A stretch of 64,000 nt of DNA, taken from NCBI RefSeq assembly GCF_009914755.1, contig NC_060925.1. One strand, 5' to 3'. A program made the translations under genes and the position numbers. Shown one piece after another: positions 1-13,073 of the stretch. A model generated the notes under the pieces. The model ran no database searches. It worked only from the letters and a program-made list of their open reading frames with translations, and was not told where the DNA came from. Source of the stretch: the human T2T-CHM13v2.0 reference genome, Homo sapiens. Within the stretch, counting starts at the first letter, position 1; each line of letters starts with the position of its first letter.

Positions 1-29
1 ATATACTTATTTATTTTAATTTTTAGTGT

Positions 30-161
30 TTTCTATGTATTTCTCCTACTGGGATATGAGTTCTCTAAGGCCAAGGATCATTGTTTTGTTCACTAATATA
101 TCTCAAGCACCTAGAAGAATATATGTTGTGTAGTAGACACTCAATATTTGCTAAATAAATG
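30..161 (+). mobile_element. L2 LINE 3' end fragment
   Basis: Matches the L2 3' terminus pattern (ctcctactgggatatgagttctc...cacctagaag...tagtagacactcaatatttgctaaataaatga); boundaries approximate. Confidence 0.7.
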
Positions 162-498
162 ACCTAGAGGTGGAAAAACAATTGAATAAAGGATTCAGGC
201 AAACTTGCAAAAAGTTATCATGGGGGTCTTTAATCGCTTAAAGAAAAAAATGCATCCACTCAGAAACAGTGCAATTAAGTTACAAGTTTAAGGCTGTTTT
301 TTCTGCTGTTGTTTTACAAAAAGGTGCTAGTATTGAAGCTGTCTTATCCAAGAGATCATCATTGCACTCAAGGAACTGGTCTGACTGATTTTTATTCTTC
401 AACACATGGACCAGTTGTTTAAACAGAATTGATTTCTGATTTCTTTGGTATCCAGGGGAAACAGCAAAAATGTCTCATTCTTATTTGGATTAGTAGAA

Positions 499-683
499 CA
501 GCGGTTCTCAAACGTGAGCTTGCATCAGAATTACAAGGGGTGCTGATTAAAACACAGATTGCTGGGCTCATTCCTGGACTTTCTGGGTTGGTATGCTTGG
601 ATTGAGGCCCAAGAGTTTGCATTTCTAACAGAATTCCAGGCAATGTTGCTGCTGGTCCTGGGATCACACTTCAAGAACTACCG
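499..683 (-). mobile_element. MER5A (hAT-Charlie MITE)
   Basis: TIR-like ends cagcggttctcaaa ... ttcaagaactaccg; internal gcatcagaatt, tttgcatttctaaca and gctgctggtcc are typical of MER5A. Confidence 0.85.
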
Positions 684-3600
684 TGATAAAGAATTCTAAG
701 ATATCAAGTCACATTCAATTATTTTGAACATTTGGTCCTATAATCTTTATTCTATTGGCATATTGTTGCACGAACATCTAGCACTATTTTTGTTATGATA
801 TTTTTCACGGCGAGGAGTTTTTTAACCTCCTGTGAAAGTCCTACTGCAACTCTGTCATTTTATTCTTCACTTTCTTAAGATCTTGCTCCTCTGTAATTAT
901 ACCAGATGGTGCTGCTCAGTAGCTTATAAGGGAGTGATGCTTCATCATTCTAGACAGAGAGACAAATCACTCTGTTCTCTGACTTTTGAATCAAGAATCA
1001 ACATTTGTGTGTATGTTCAACCTGCTATTTGCTTTGCAATTTTGCTCATTAGGTATTTATTACCCTGACAGTGTATGAGTTAGTCATTTTCCTTCTGCCG
1101 TGTAGTTCAGATTAGCACTGTTTGACAACTGCCATCATCACAGCATTACCTCCAATAATATGTAATTTCTTTTTTGCCTATGTTATCTGGGTGAGGTAGT
1201 TATCTAGGAAGTATATCTACAAACGGAAGATCACAAACAGCATTCAGTTCTCTGACTTATCATGTTAGAAATGGATAACTAGGGCCATTTCCTTGGAGTT
1301 TCTAGCCCTGCGATTGGCATTGCTGAAAAGAAAGGAATATTATGACCAAAGCCAAGCGTTCTTTTTCATTTATTGTATGCTTTTTTTATGAAGAAGGTGG
1401 TATGAGGGAAGCATACAATTTAATGAGAAGCATTGAAAAAGAACAGAAACATTTATTAAGCTCTACTGGCAAAATGGATAGGCAACCCTTTACAGAAACA
1501 TGGAAACCATGCAGAGCAGAGAACTGGTTAAAATTTAGAATGTGGAAAACAGTCTTATCTGAGATATTCAACAATTGGAGCAAAAACATATTTTCTTTTT
1601 CTTTATAATCTTCACTAAAAGGAGAACTAAAGTTATTACTAGATAACTCATGCAAAGGCACTATTACAGGCATGTAATAACATTCTTCTGACGTGAATAG
1701 GTTGTTTATTCTCTCCTAAAATACTTCTCTACACAGTTTTAATATTAAACTTATGAAATTTTCTTGAACTTTTGTTGATTGGAGGGTAGTAGAGAGAGAA
1801 GGGGATATAGTTGGGAGCTTTTGGGAAGGATTGTCAATCTATCTTAATTCTTCTAGTTGATAGTAGATTTTTGACCATTAAATCTTTACTAACAAAGGTG
1901 TTAATATCCTCGTAATGAAATGAGTGTCCTACACTACATCAGCTGTATCATTGTGGAGGTACAAAAGCTCCGAAGGTAAATGCAAAACAAAGAATGGTTG
2001 CTATTCCAAGGTGACTTTTTCATGACATGTTCTATATTTCTGATATGTCTTCTAGTCTTAACCTGTGAGTTCATAGCAAACACAGTTGGTTTTATTTAGG
2101 AGTGCATTAAATTTTATTCCATTGAGCAAATTTCACTTTTGCTTCATAGTGATTGTAATTAATTTGCTCTTTATCTTCTCTTTATCTTTACTTCACTCAT
2201 TACTCATCTGACAGCTCGCCATCCCATCTTAATTGGGAGAGAAGACCCTTCCAAAAGTGAACCATTGGCAGTTCTGTCATCTGGAAAGAGATACATAAAA
2301 TGTGTTAAGAAACAGAAATGACTATATAACTGGTTCATCATATTTCCTTAGCAGGTGGATTCTTGGTGGGCAAAGATCATGTTCCTGGTGCTTTTGCTGC
2401 CAAGCACATTGTGGGTGTTCAATAAATATTAAATAATAAGAAGAGTTTCCTAATTAAGATGAACATTTTTCTCTATTAAGCAGATGGTGCTCAATAGGAG
2501 TAACCCATTATTTATAAGTATGACACAAGGTGCTGGCAATTGTTGAGGAAATGTGGCTCTCACTTCAGATGCTGATTATATGTTAAAGCAAACTTTTGTG
2601 ACAAACAGCTTGGTCGATATTAGTTAATGTTTGTGATTAAAACTGTTACTAAAGATGGACTTGTGTATGTAGGTCTGTAATTCTGCTGTTTTGATTCTTA
2701 ATATTGGCTTCACCTATTCAAGTATTTCTGGCTATTTGATGCAAGGCAAGTTTGGGCAAATCAGTGTATACCTGATTTTACCCCATAGGTTCACCATTTG
2801 ATTTGAATTCTCATCCTTGTCTGATTTCTAAAGAGATTTTTGTTTTGAGTCCTTTGAGTCTCTTTGTGGTTGCTAAAGCTAGATGTGAACACCTCCGTGA
2901 TATTTGCAATGCTTATATTCGTAGCTGAAATCTCAGTGGAACTAAGGAGAGTTAATTAGGCATTCCCAAAAATACACATCGTTTTATGATTTTGCAGATC
3001 ACCCCGATGAAAATAACAGTTTAATTTTGTCAAGTCATGTAAATTATAGTGAGAGGGATGATGAGAGTTCTCAGCTCTTTGGAGAAGTTAATTTTGTTGT
3101 CAGCACATCCACATTTCAAAAATCACAAACTAGAGGCAGAACTTTTCAGTGCCAGTGAGATTTGGTGATCAGATACTGTTTTCATTTCTAATGTCTGCCT
3201 TCTGTATAGCGCCTATGCAAATAGGGGCTTTCAAGGATGCAAAAGTAGCAACTTCCCCTATTAGGAGCGTAACTAGCAGCTGCTGTGTTTCTCATAAAAG
3301 AGAAAACATCCTGTTTACTAACATACAACCATACGCCCTCACCCGCGTACACTCACACCAAGCTCTTTTTTTAAGGCAGAGCTTTTATTTTGGTTTGAGA
3401 TAGGCAGCACAGAAATGCAGTCTTTTACAAACATTCCTTGAGCACATATCCCCTGGGTGCTAAGTAGGTGTCAGTCATTGTTCTAGATGTGGGGAATCCA
3501 CTGATACTTGAAACACATTCTCTAATTTTACTGGGAACTCGTCGGAACTTCTGACATTCGTTGGCAAGTTCTTTGCATCTGGTCTCACCTCCTTATTTTT

Positions 3601-4029
3601 AATATTTATAAACCATGTTCATCAGGATGTCAGTAGAGAAGAAATGAAAGTAGCTGAGAAACCTTGCCGAGAGAGACCAAATCTCAAAGTGAACTAAAAA
3701 TGTCTTGACCACAAGGATAGAAAGTGAACTAAGATATGTTCTTGAGGCAGCAAAAATAAGTATTGTGCCAAAATCCAGGCTTTACCTCAGTGTCAGATAA
3801 TCAATGGACTAGAGATTTCACTGTGTTGCCCACAGCCCTGTTAAGAAATCAAGACCATGTGCTTTGTCTATAATCCTGGAGTCAGCCCAGAAGATGAGCT
3901 CATAAATATGTTAGCTTAAGTAAAGTTTATGATAATATAGACGATGAATCATCTTCCTGTTTTGAAAAGCATATATTCTATAACTCAGGATTTCTGGAGT
4001 CCCTCCAGAAATCTACATGACTTTTGCCC

Positions 4030-4295
4030 CATTTTCTTTAGGTCTTGATTCAAATGTCGCCTTATAAGAGAGCCCTTTTTTGACAACACTCTCCCACCCC
4101 CAACTCTCCCTTTTCTGCTTTTCAAACTCTATTTTCCTTTATGTTACTTGTTATGGCCTGATATGTGTTTGCTATTTTCTGTCTTCCCTTATTAGACTGT
4201 AAGCACCATGAGGGCATAACTTGTTGTTTACCTCTCTGCCCCCTCAAATAGCATCTGACACACATAGGTGACACTACCCAGTTGTTGAGTGGGTA
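4030..4295 (+). mobile_element. L2 3' fragment
   Basis: caaatgtcgccttataagagagccc ... attagactgtaagcaccatgagggc ... cacatagg resembles the L2 3' region. Confidence 0.65.
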
Positions 4296-4327
4296 ACATG
4301 AGGTTGTTTGGGATTGTTAGTTCATTA

Positions 4328-4874
4328 TCCTAGGCCTACACAGGGTCAGCATCACCAATATCGCTGTCTTCCACCTTCACATCTTGTCTCACTGGAAGAT
4401 CTTCAGAGACAACAACATGCATGGAGCTGTCATCTCCTATGATAGCAATGCCTTCTTGTGGAATACTGCCTGAAAGACCTGCCTGCAGCTGTTTTACAGA
4501 TATATATATATATATCTGTACATATATATATATATAGGGAGAGAGAGAAAGAGAGAGAGAGAATGCCCTCTAAAATAATGATGAAAAATAAAGTAAATAC
4601 ATAAGCCTAGTAACATAGTTGTTTATTATCATTATCAAGTATTATATACTGTACATAATTGTATGTGTTATACTTTTATATGGCTGGACATGCAGTAGTT
4701 TACCTAAACCAGCATCACCACAAACACATGAGTAATGCGTTGTACTATGATGCTATGACAGTTACGACATCAGTTGGCTATAGGAATTTTTCAGCTCCGT
4801 TTATAATCCTATGAGACCATGGTCATATATGCGGCTCATCTCTGACTGAAATGTCACTGTGTGGCACATGATTG
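4328..4874 (-). mobile_element. Tigger3-type (TcMar-Tigger) DNA transposon fragment
   Basis: The reverse complement matches the Tigger3b end as I recall it (cagcatcaccacaaacacatgagtaatgcgttg, taggaatttttcagctcc, terminal gtggcacatgattg). Confidence 0.8.
4499..4562. repeat. Compound (TA)n/(GA)n microsatellite inside the Tigger3 copy
   Basis: Directly visible tatatata...gagagagaga runs. Confidence 0.95.
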
Positions 4875-5263
4875 TTTAACTTTCATGAGAGATTCTGATA
4901 ACCAGGGGAACATTGAGGTGATATAATTTAATCCAAAAAAGTAGATGTTTCAAATAAGATTTTGTATTGGGTAAATAAATGATTACTGTTTGGCTTTTTG
5001 GAATTTCATGCATAGCTCAAGAATCTCTGTTGCCAACTTCATGGTCTCCTTAGTGGTACAGAGATCTCAGCAAAGAAACTCAGAAGTGAGCACAACACAC
5101 TTATTTAATGGGTAAGGAAACCTAAGACCAGGGCAAATCTAGTGACTTTCTCAAGTCCCACCTCTTGTAGTGAAACTTCATTCATGGGGTCTTATGAATC
5201 CTAGGCTAGTGTCATGTTTACTGGCTCACAAGGACTGCCACCATTGAATTGAGCACCAGGTTG

Positions 5264-5431
5264 AGTATTTCTCAAATGTGCTCTGGGGACCATCTGCTTC
5301 AGAATCTTCTGGAGGGTTCTGCTAGAAACATAGCCTCTCAGCCCTGTGGATTCAGAACCTCTGGGAATGGCTCTGCATTTAAACAGTTCCCCAAGTGTGT
5401 CTTACACATTCCTATGCCTGGAGAACCAGTG
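5264..5431 (+). mobile_element. MER5B-like hAT-Charlie MITE
   Basis: gagtatttctcaaatgtg...ggaccatctgcttcagaatc...ctgcatttaaacagttccccaagtg...gagaaccagtg. Confidence 0.65.
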
Positions 5432-7224
5432 ACCCAATATGTGCAAGGATTCTTGATTCTCCTCCATGGAAAAATAAAAAAATTAATCGTATCTCCAAAC
5501 TATATGAGTACATATCTATCGAGAACCTGGACCAACAGTTTTTCTTGGGGAGGGACACTGGTCCATATTAAAATTAGGTTAGTTTTACCATCAAGTTGGA
5601 TAATATGAGCTACTTTGAACTTTTGGGCTTAAATCTATCTAGTTCATTAATTTCTGCCACAAAATTTTTAAGTGCACATTGCCAGGAATTCAGAGATAAC
5701 TGAGACAACCCCATTGCAGTTGGGGGAGACAGATATAGTTTCACAGGGCTACAGAAAAGCCCCGAAGGGCCTGTCTTGTCTCCATGTGAGACCTCAGAAC
5801 CATGTAATGCAACCAACCTTAGTTGCATAGTAAGTAACCAACCAGGTGTGTATAGTAAGCTGCATTCCTAAATGTCTTTCTATAGTTCTGGACATCTCTC
5901 TAAGTCCACCAAATAGTCTCAGTCTTCACACAAAGAATAGTGAGGAGATCTGTTTATTCTCAGAGTTAGTGGACAAAAGCAAATATTCTATTAGATGTTA
6001 TTAGTATTATTATTGTTATTATTTTCAGGACCTACATCCAGCCCCTTGTTGCCATAATCGCTATCCAATCACACTGCCCTTTTCCTTTGTTATAATAAAT
6101 TTCTCCCACTCTTCATCATCTTTGAGGATGAATCATACGGTTCATCAGCATCTTACTTCCTGACATACAACCCTGAAATTGAACAATTCAAAAAATTTCC
6201 CAGAAATGACTTTGTGGGATTTTAATCTAATTCTCTGAATGGTGAAAACTCTTTAAGACATTTTTCAAAGGCCAGGTTTTTAAATATTTCATACCATGGA
6301 AACTGTCTTAGGAAAGAGTTGGGGACTTAAGGTCACAAAAAATGAGAAAAATTATACTTGAGAAAACCTTGTAAACTAGAACTTCTTGTAAGAATATTAA
6401 TATGTTATTTTTATCCATCTTAAAATTTCCTCAGGCGTGTGCTGAATGAGCCTACTTCATGGTTGTAGTTTTGTTGTTCTTTCCACGTTATTTTGCAGTT
6501 CTCCCTGTGGCCATCATATTGATTTTAACACTGTGGTCATCATTATAGGAAAATGGAGGCATTAATAACTTGGTCTCTGTGGACAGATTGTAATAGAAAA
6601 CCTTATAAATAATTGCCCACTAATGGGAAAATTGAAAATATGCACTGTATTATAATGGTCATAATGTAATCATTAAAATTATAATTATGTGACAATGAAA
6701 GAACTCATTATGCATTAGTTTATCTTTACATAATGCTAATAGCTAATGAAAGTGTGACAATTAGATCTAATTAAGTTTAACAACATTTCTGCACTTCTCG
6801 TAAACAGGCTATGTTTTGCCAGAAATTGTATATGCGGAGACATTAGTGATACCGAGGTCCATCTCATATAATATGAGTTTTGAAATGTAACCATCAGTCC
6901 TATGAAGAACCTTAACTTTATAATGCCTTTTTGTTAAATGAACTGGAAGTATGAGTCTTTACTAAGGGTAGCTTTATAAAAAAGTTTCTCAGATTGTGTC
7001 ATGTTTTAGTTAAAAATAACAATTAGTCCTTCCTCTTCTACTAATCTGTGCTTATATATTTGTGTGTGTGTATGTGTATGTATGTACTTGACTCATCTGT
7101 GTTTTGTTTTTAACAATAGAATTGTTATACTGAATTCTCAAGTTAGAGGTTTGATTGATTGATGATAATGAATCAAGTAGATGTTGGTTTCTTGTCATAG
7201 ATTATAGCATATAACAGTCCACCA

Positions 7225-7380
7225 TGTCCTATCTGTATGATCTAGGTCAAGTGTAAACTCTCTGTGCTTCAGTTTTCTCATGTATAAAGTAGTGTCTATA
7301 CTTTTGTTAGAATTAAACTAGAAATTTATAAATTTCTTAGCCTGGGCATAGCACATGGTGCTAGTATTTACTATTATTAG
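7225..7380 (+). mobile_element. MIR SINE
   Basis: MIR core: ctgtatgatctaggtcaagt...ctctctgtgcttcagttttctcatgtataaag. Confidence 0.75.
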
Positions 7381-8074
7381 TAGGAATTATTTTATATCTA
7401 TATCATAATATCAAGAAGAATTCCAGCTAGTATCACTTTTCCTCCACTGACATTTTATTGCATTGCACATTTAGATAATCATCCAGACTTTTATTTTTCC
7501 ATCATTTAGAAAAATCATTACATACATCATATTGAAAACAGTATAGGGACCTTCAATATGTGCTCAACATATTCTTCAGAGTGGAGTTTTAAGACTCTTG
7601 AGCACTGGAAGACATTGGCCTTGTCACCAGGGTTTCCAACTGCTCAGGTTTCACTTACAGAATGATAGACTGTGAGCTCAACTATGAATGACTCTTGGCC
7701 GCTCTCATCAGTCTTGGATCATCAGGAAGCCTCAGAAAACAGAGACTGTTCAAGTAAATACAGGTAGAAATTGGCAAACTCAGTCACTTGCTACCATGCT
7801 TCCAAAAAGCCATGATACTGGTCTTTACTTTTCTACCATTCCTTTTATTGATATATGTTCAGTACAAATGAAACATTCTCTCCCCAAGAGGACTCATTCA
7901 CTTCCATAAGTCAACCATCACTGCTACGTCTTGTCTCCATCTCTGCTATCACTTCTAAACATTGGTCTCTAAAACTAGGTTGGCCTTTAGGCATTTTCTG
8001 TGTGAAATTCAATCTGTTTAAATTTGACTTATCTTTCCTAACGAAAATGTAATTGAGTTACCAAGTCCACAGTC

Positions 8075-8770
8075 ACTTACTTCAAAATATTCTTTGATTA
8101 TATGCTTTGTTTCTATCTCGAGGCTCTCATTGTCTCAGGTCTAGACTATGAAAATAGTCTCCATCTATTCTCACTGCTTTCCATCTTTTGCCCTTCAATC
8201 TGCATTTTATACTTCCACCAGATTAATCTTCCTAAATCACTTTTACATTTCATTCACCTACCCACAAAACTCTGATGGTTCTTCATTGCCTTTAGTTTCT
8301 TTTATCTGGCATTCTTGTCCCTCAAAGAATTTTGTCCAGCAATTTTTCTAAGTTTGTTGCCAACTAGTCCCTACAGTTGTTCTCTGGCCCAACCACATGG
8401 GTCTGCTCGTTATCTCCAGATACACATTCTAAGCTTTGCATCTTTGCTGACCCTGTTTCTCAGCTGAAATGCTGTTCCTTTTCTACTCTTGTCAAATAAA
8501 TCATTTAAGGCATAGCTCAAGAGTTGACTTTTTCCATGCAGCTCTCTCTAACAGCCCCATTTATCCCTCCCTCCTACGAATTCCTCAAGCATTTATTTTT
8601 CTCGCCCTGTATCTTGCACTTGTACAGGCTAGTTTGGCTGCTTCTTATCTTTTATGTACAGTTCCAGCTGGCCAATGGGATTGGCAATATTGGAAGCCCC
8701 TCAAGGCTGTTTTTTCATCTCTCTGTGCAGAGTTCTCAGTGTATATTAGGTCCTTAACAAATATTTTTTT
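8075..8770 (+). mobile_element. Degraded L2 3' region
   Basis: L2-like motifs (ccttcaatctgcatttt...accagattaatcttcctaaatcac; tttgcatctttgctgaccctgtttctcagctgaaatgctgttcc). Confidence 0.6.
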
Positions 8771-9714
8771 ATGAGAGTGTCAATTTCGTAAGCACTTGAA
8801 GATAGTACTAAAAAGCCTTCTTGCCACTTGGTTCTGCCTGGAGCTGATTTCATACTTACAAAGTAATGATTTCTGAGCCTTCTGCTTATAGAAATCGTGT
8901 AAAGCCTCTTGGTAGAATGAAGCATGATGCCCTCTACCCTGAACTCAAAGACCTTTTTGGGAAAGTATTATTTTAGCTGAGAGTTTAAGGGAGAGGACAG
9001 ACAGATTCCTGTGATGCAGAGATCAGCATCACAGCCCTGGCAGCCCCCTCCTCTTGCTGAGAACAGCTGTTTCAAATGCCCATTTTAGAAGGGCCCTTAA
9101 CTTTCCTTAGGGCTGCTAAGAGCAAGTTCTGGATCACCTGTAGCTGCTGCTGCTTAGATAACCCCAGAAACAAAAGCAGGTGAACACTGGGTATGCTTGC
9201 CTCAACTTTGCCACTAACTAGTTAAGCTTGGGAAGCCAGCTCACTTCCAACAGTCTCAAATGCTTTATCTCCTCTGCCCTAAAGTGGGTGAAGAGCTCCA
9301 GAATTAAAATTTGATAATTTTTACTTTATTTTTAAATCAAAGGTAGCTGAAAGTTGAATTTTGATTAAAAAAATAAAATTCAAGACAAATCCACCTGAAT
9401 TTTGTAGCTCTTCATTTCATAGATGTAAATCTATCACAAATTATCATTCTGTCTTTCTTTCTGTCTCTCAGTTCCTCTCCCTTTCTGTCTCTCTCATACA
9501 CATGCACACATATACACAAAATATTCCATAAAATCAGTTTTTACCAGAAATCTCTTTCATGCTGGTTCTCCTCTATGTAGAAAGAGCTACAAATGAAATG
9601 GAACATGGGAATAGAACAAGAAGCTGATTCTCTTTTAAATTGCCTTATTTGTTTTTTCTTTGGGAAGTCCGAATTTTTGAAGACTTAATACAACCCTGCC
9701 CCAATATAAACTGT

Positions 9715-10325
9715 CTCTCGCATTATTAACATCCCCCCCGCCCAGAGTGGTACATTTGTTACAACTGATGAACCTGCAGTGACACATCATTATCCCCCAG
9801 AGTCCACAGCTTACATTAGGCATCACTCTTGGCATTGTACATACATTCTATGGGTTTATACAAATGTATAAGGACATGTATCCACCATTATAATACAGAA
9901 TAGTTTCACTGTCCTAAAAGTCTTCTCTGCTCTGTCTATTCATCCCTCTCTCTCCCCTAACCCCTAACAACCAATAATCTTTTTACTTTCTAATTGTTTT
10001 GCCTTTTCTAGAATGTCATATACTTGGAATCATACAGTATGAATCCTTTTCAGACTAGATTCTGTTACTTAGTAATATTACACTCCTTTAAATTTCTTAC
10101 TTATTACACCCATTTAAAGTTCTTCCATGACATTTCATGGCTTGATAGCTCATTTGTTTTTAGTGCTGAATAATATTCCATTGTCCGAATTGTACCACAG
10201 TTTATTTATCCATTTATCTACTGAAGGACATCTTGGTTGTTTCCAAGTTTTGTCAATTATGGATAGAGTTGCTATAAATATCTGTGTGCAGGTTTTTGTG
10301 TGCATGTAAATTTTCAACTTGTTTG
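9715..10325 (-). mobile_element. L1MC1/L1MC2-like 3' UTR fragment
   Basis: cagagtggtacatttgttacaactgatgaacct...gacacatcattatc, gaatgtcatatacttggaatcatacagtatg and tgaaggacatcttggttgtttccaagtttt are L1MC 3' end hallmarks. Confidence 0.8.
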
Positions 10326-10394
10326 GGCAAAAAAAATGTTTTATGTTATACGCTGAAAAATGCTGGCTGAAATATGTAGCTAAGTTGCCTTTAT

Positions 10395-10739
<345 letters not shown>

Positions 10740-12725
10740 TGACTTACCTTTTGGGAGTTATAGATATTAGATACAACTTGAAGTCTTTTTCCTTCATTTG
10801 TACCATCAAAAGATGTTTTCGGTGTTCAATGAAAATTGTTTCAAAAGGAATTTGGCAGTCCCCAGGCTTCTACAGGCGGTTTTGAGGATGAAATGTGGGG
10901 GCATCTCCATTCTCATTATGTTGATTTCTCCTTGTGACAAAAACCTTTTGCCACCCCGCCTGCTTCCCCTCTTGTGCTCTGTCTTTTCTCTCCTCTTTCT
11001 TTCTGCTACCTGCTCACTCTGTTTTCTCTGTATCTCTTTGTTCTTTCTCAGAGCTCTTGCCTCTGACACACTTTTTAGTGCCATCGTTTTTTGAGACAGC
11101 CTGATTTGATCACTGTCTTTTCTCTCTCCCTTTGAAAGCTTTCTCTGTTCTGTGTATTTCCTAGATTACTGGTGATACTTGTCATTCTGGTTAGATTTTG
11201 TTCCTGTTTTGATTTCATTTTTCCGTAAGATTTTTGTTTGGTTGATTTTTTTTAACCTTAAGAAAAAAAGAGATTTTTTTACTTGCATTCCACTTTTCTT
11301 TCTGTTCTGCTCTGTAACGTGAGTGTGCAATATGCTCTAAAGTCCAAAAGGATAGTTAACACAGTGGGTGGTGGGGCTATGCATAATTTCTGCCATCTTT
11401 CTTATAGCATTCTGTTTTCTGAAATTGTTTCATGGTGCATATGTACACATAATAAGAAAGAAAAAGCAATGAAACGATTTCTATTTTGACAAGGAAAAAA
11501 ATCTTAATGAGAGCCTGGCTTTGGGTCTTGCCTCTAGCTCTCCATGAAACCTTTTTCTTATCTGTCTTCACCACCAAGCATAACCACAATGGCTGGCTGA
11601 GCTGGAGATGGACAGCAGTCTGTGGGGATTGTGTAAGTGATCCAATGGTTAGCTGGAACCTACCAAACTGCAAGTCATGGGTCACTTCTGTTGATTCCCC
11701 AAGGCTAGGCTCTTACTGTCAATTGTTACTAAATGGAAAAAAATGCAGAGAAATAGCACTGACTGCCTTATGAAATCTAGTACCCTTTGTTCAATATGAC
11801 AATTAGTTTTGAAAGCTGCTGATGATAGCAGACAGGGGTGACATGTGATAATGCTTATTCATTATGGTAGCATCACACTGTGATTGCAGCGTTTACTTTT
11901 TATCTATTTATTCATTCATTTATTTATTTTAGCATTCTTATTGATTGCTCTTACTGATTACTGCATGCTCATTTAAGTTGCATGACAAATGCTGTTATTT
12001 GCTCACTCCTCACAGAAGGCTTCGAAAAGCAAACCATGGCAGGTCACCCAGAAACCAAGGTGGCAGGGCACTGAATAAAATGCAGCCCCCCAGATTTTCT
12101 TCCAAGTGGTGTAATCGTAAACATGGGTTAGCTCCTTTCTAAGGTGGCAGGAATCAAAGACAGAGGTAATAAACTTTGGCCAGAGAGGAGGCCTGTTTTT
12201 ACATGCTTGTAAAGTTGTTTTTACATGCTTGTACAATGGAGTGTTTAAATTCACAGTCCATTGTGAACATAGGCATGGTATTTCATGACTATAAACTGTC
12301 ATGTTTTAAGCACTTTGGTCTGTCAGGCTAACTAAATATAAGCCCCTGTCCTAAAGAATCAAGCTCACATAGTATGACAAATCAGCATTTTATTTATTTG
12401 TGCTAAAAGCATTTATTGAACAGCTGTGTACTAAAAATCCTGCAACAAGAAGTAACATTGAAATTTCCTTAAAGAGCTTCTTCTACTGAGGAATGTAGAC
12501 ATATTAACAAATAAATACAAAGTAGGATTATAAAAAAGTATTTTAGAAGAGGTAGCTATTTACAGGATAGAGTAAAGGGAGAGGTTAAAGTTAAAAAGTT
12601 AAATTAAACTATTTTTTATTGTCATATGAACAAAAGTATCTTCATGTTAAATTAAATACAATTAGCTGATATTTGTATGCATCTGCTTTTTATGAGCTGT
12701 CACTAGAAGATGACTTTTTACTGCC

Positions 12726-13073
<348 letters not shown>

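Noticed and set aside
803-838. Small hairpin tttcacggcgagg...cctcctgtgaaa as a possible miRNA or IRE
   Set aside because: The stem is too short for a pre-miRNA and the loop lacks CAGUGN; expected by chance.
10806-11084. 92-aa highly basic ORF on the minus strand (K/R/E-rich)
   Set aside because: Its composition is simply the translation of the complement of the CT-rich tract; no recognisable domain.
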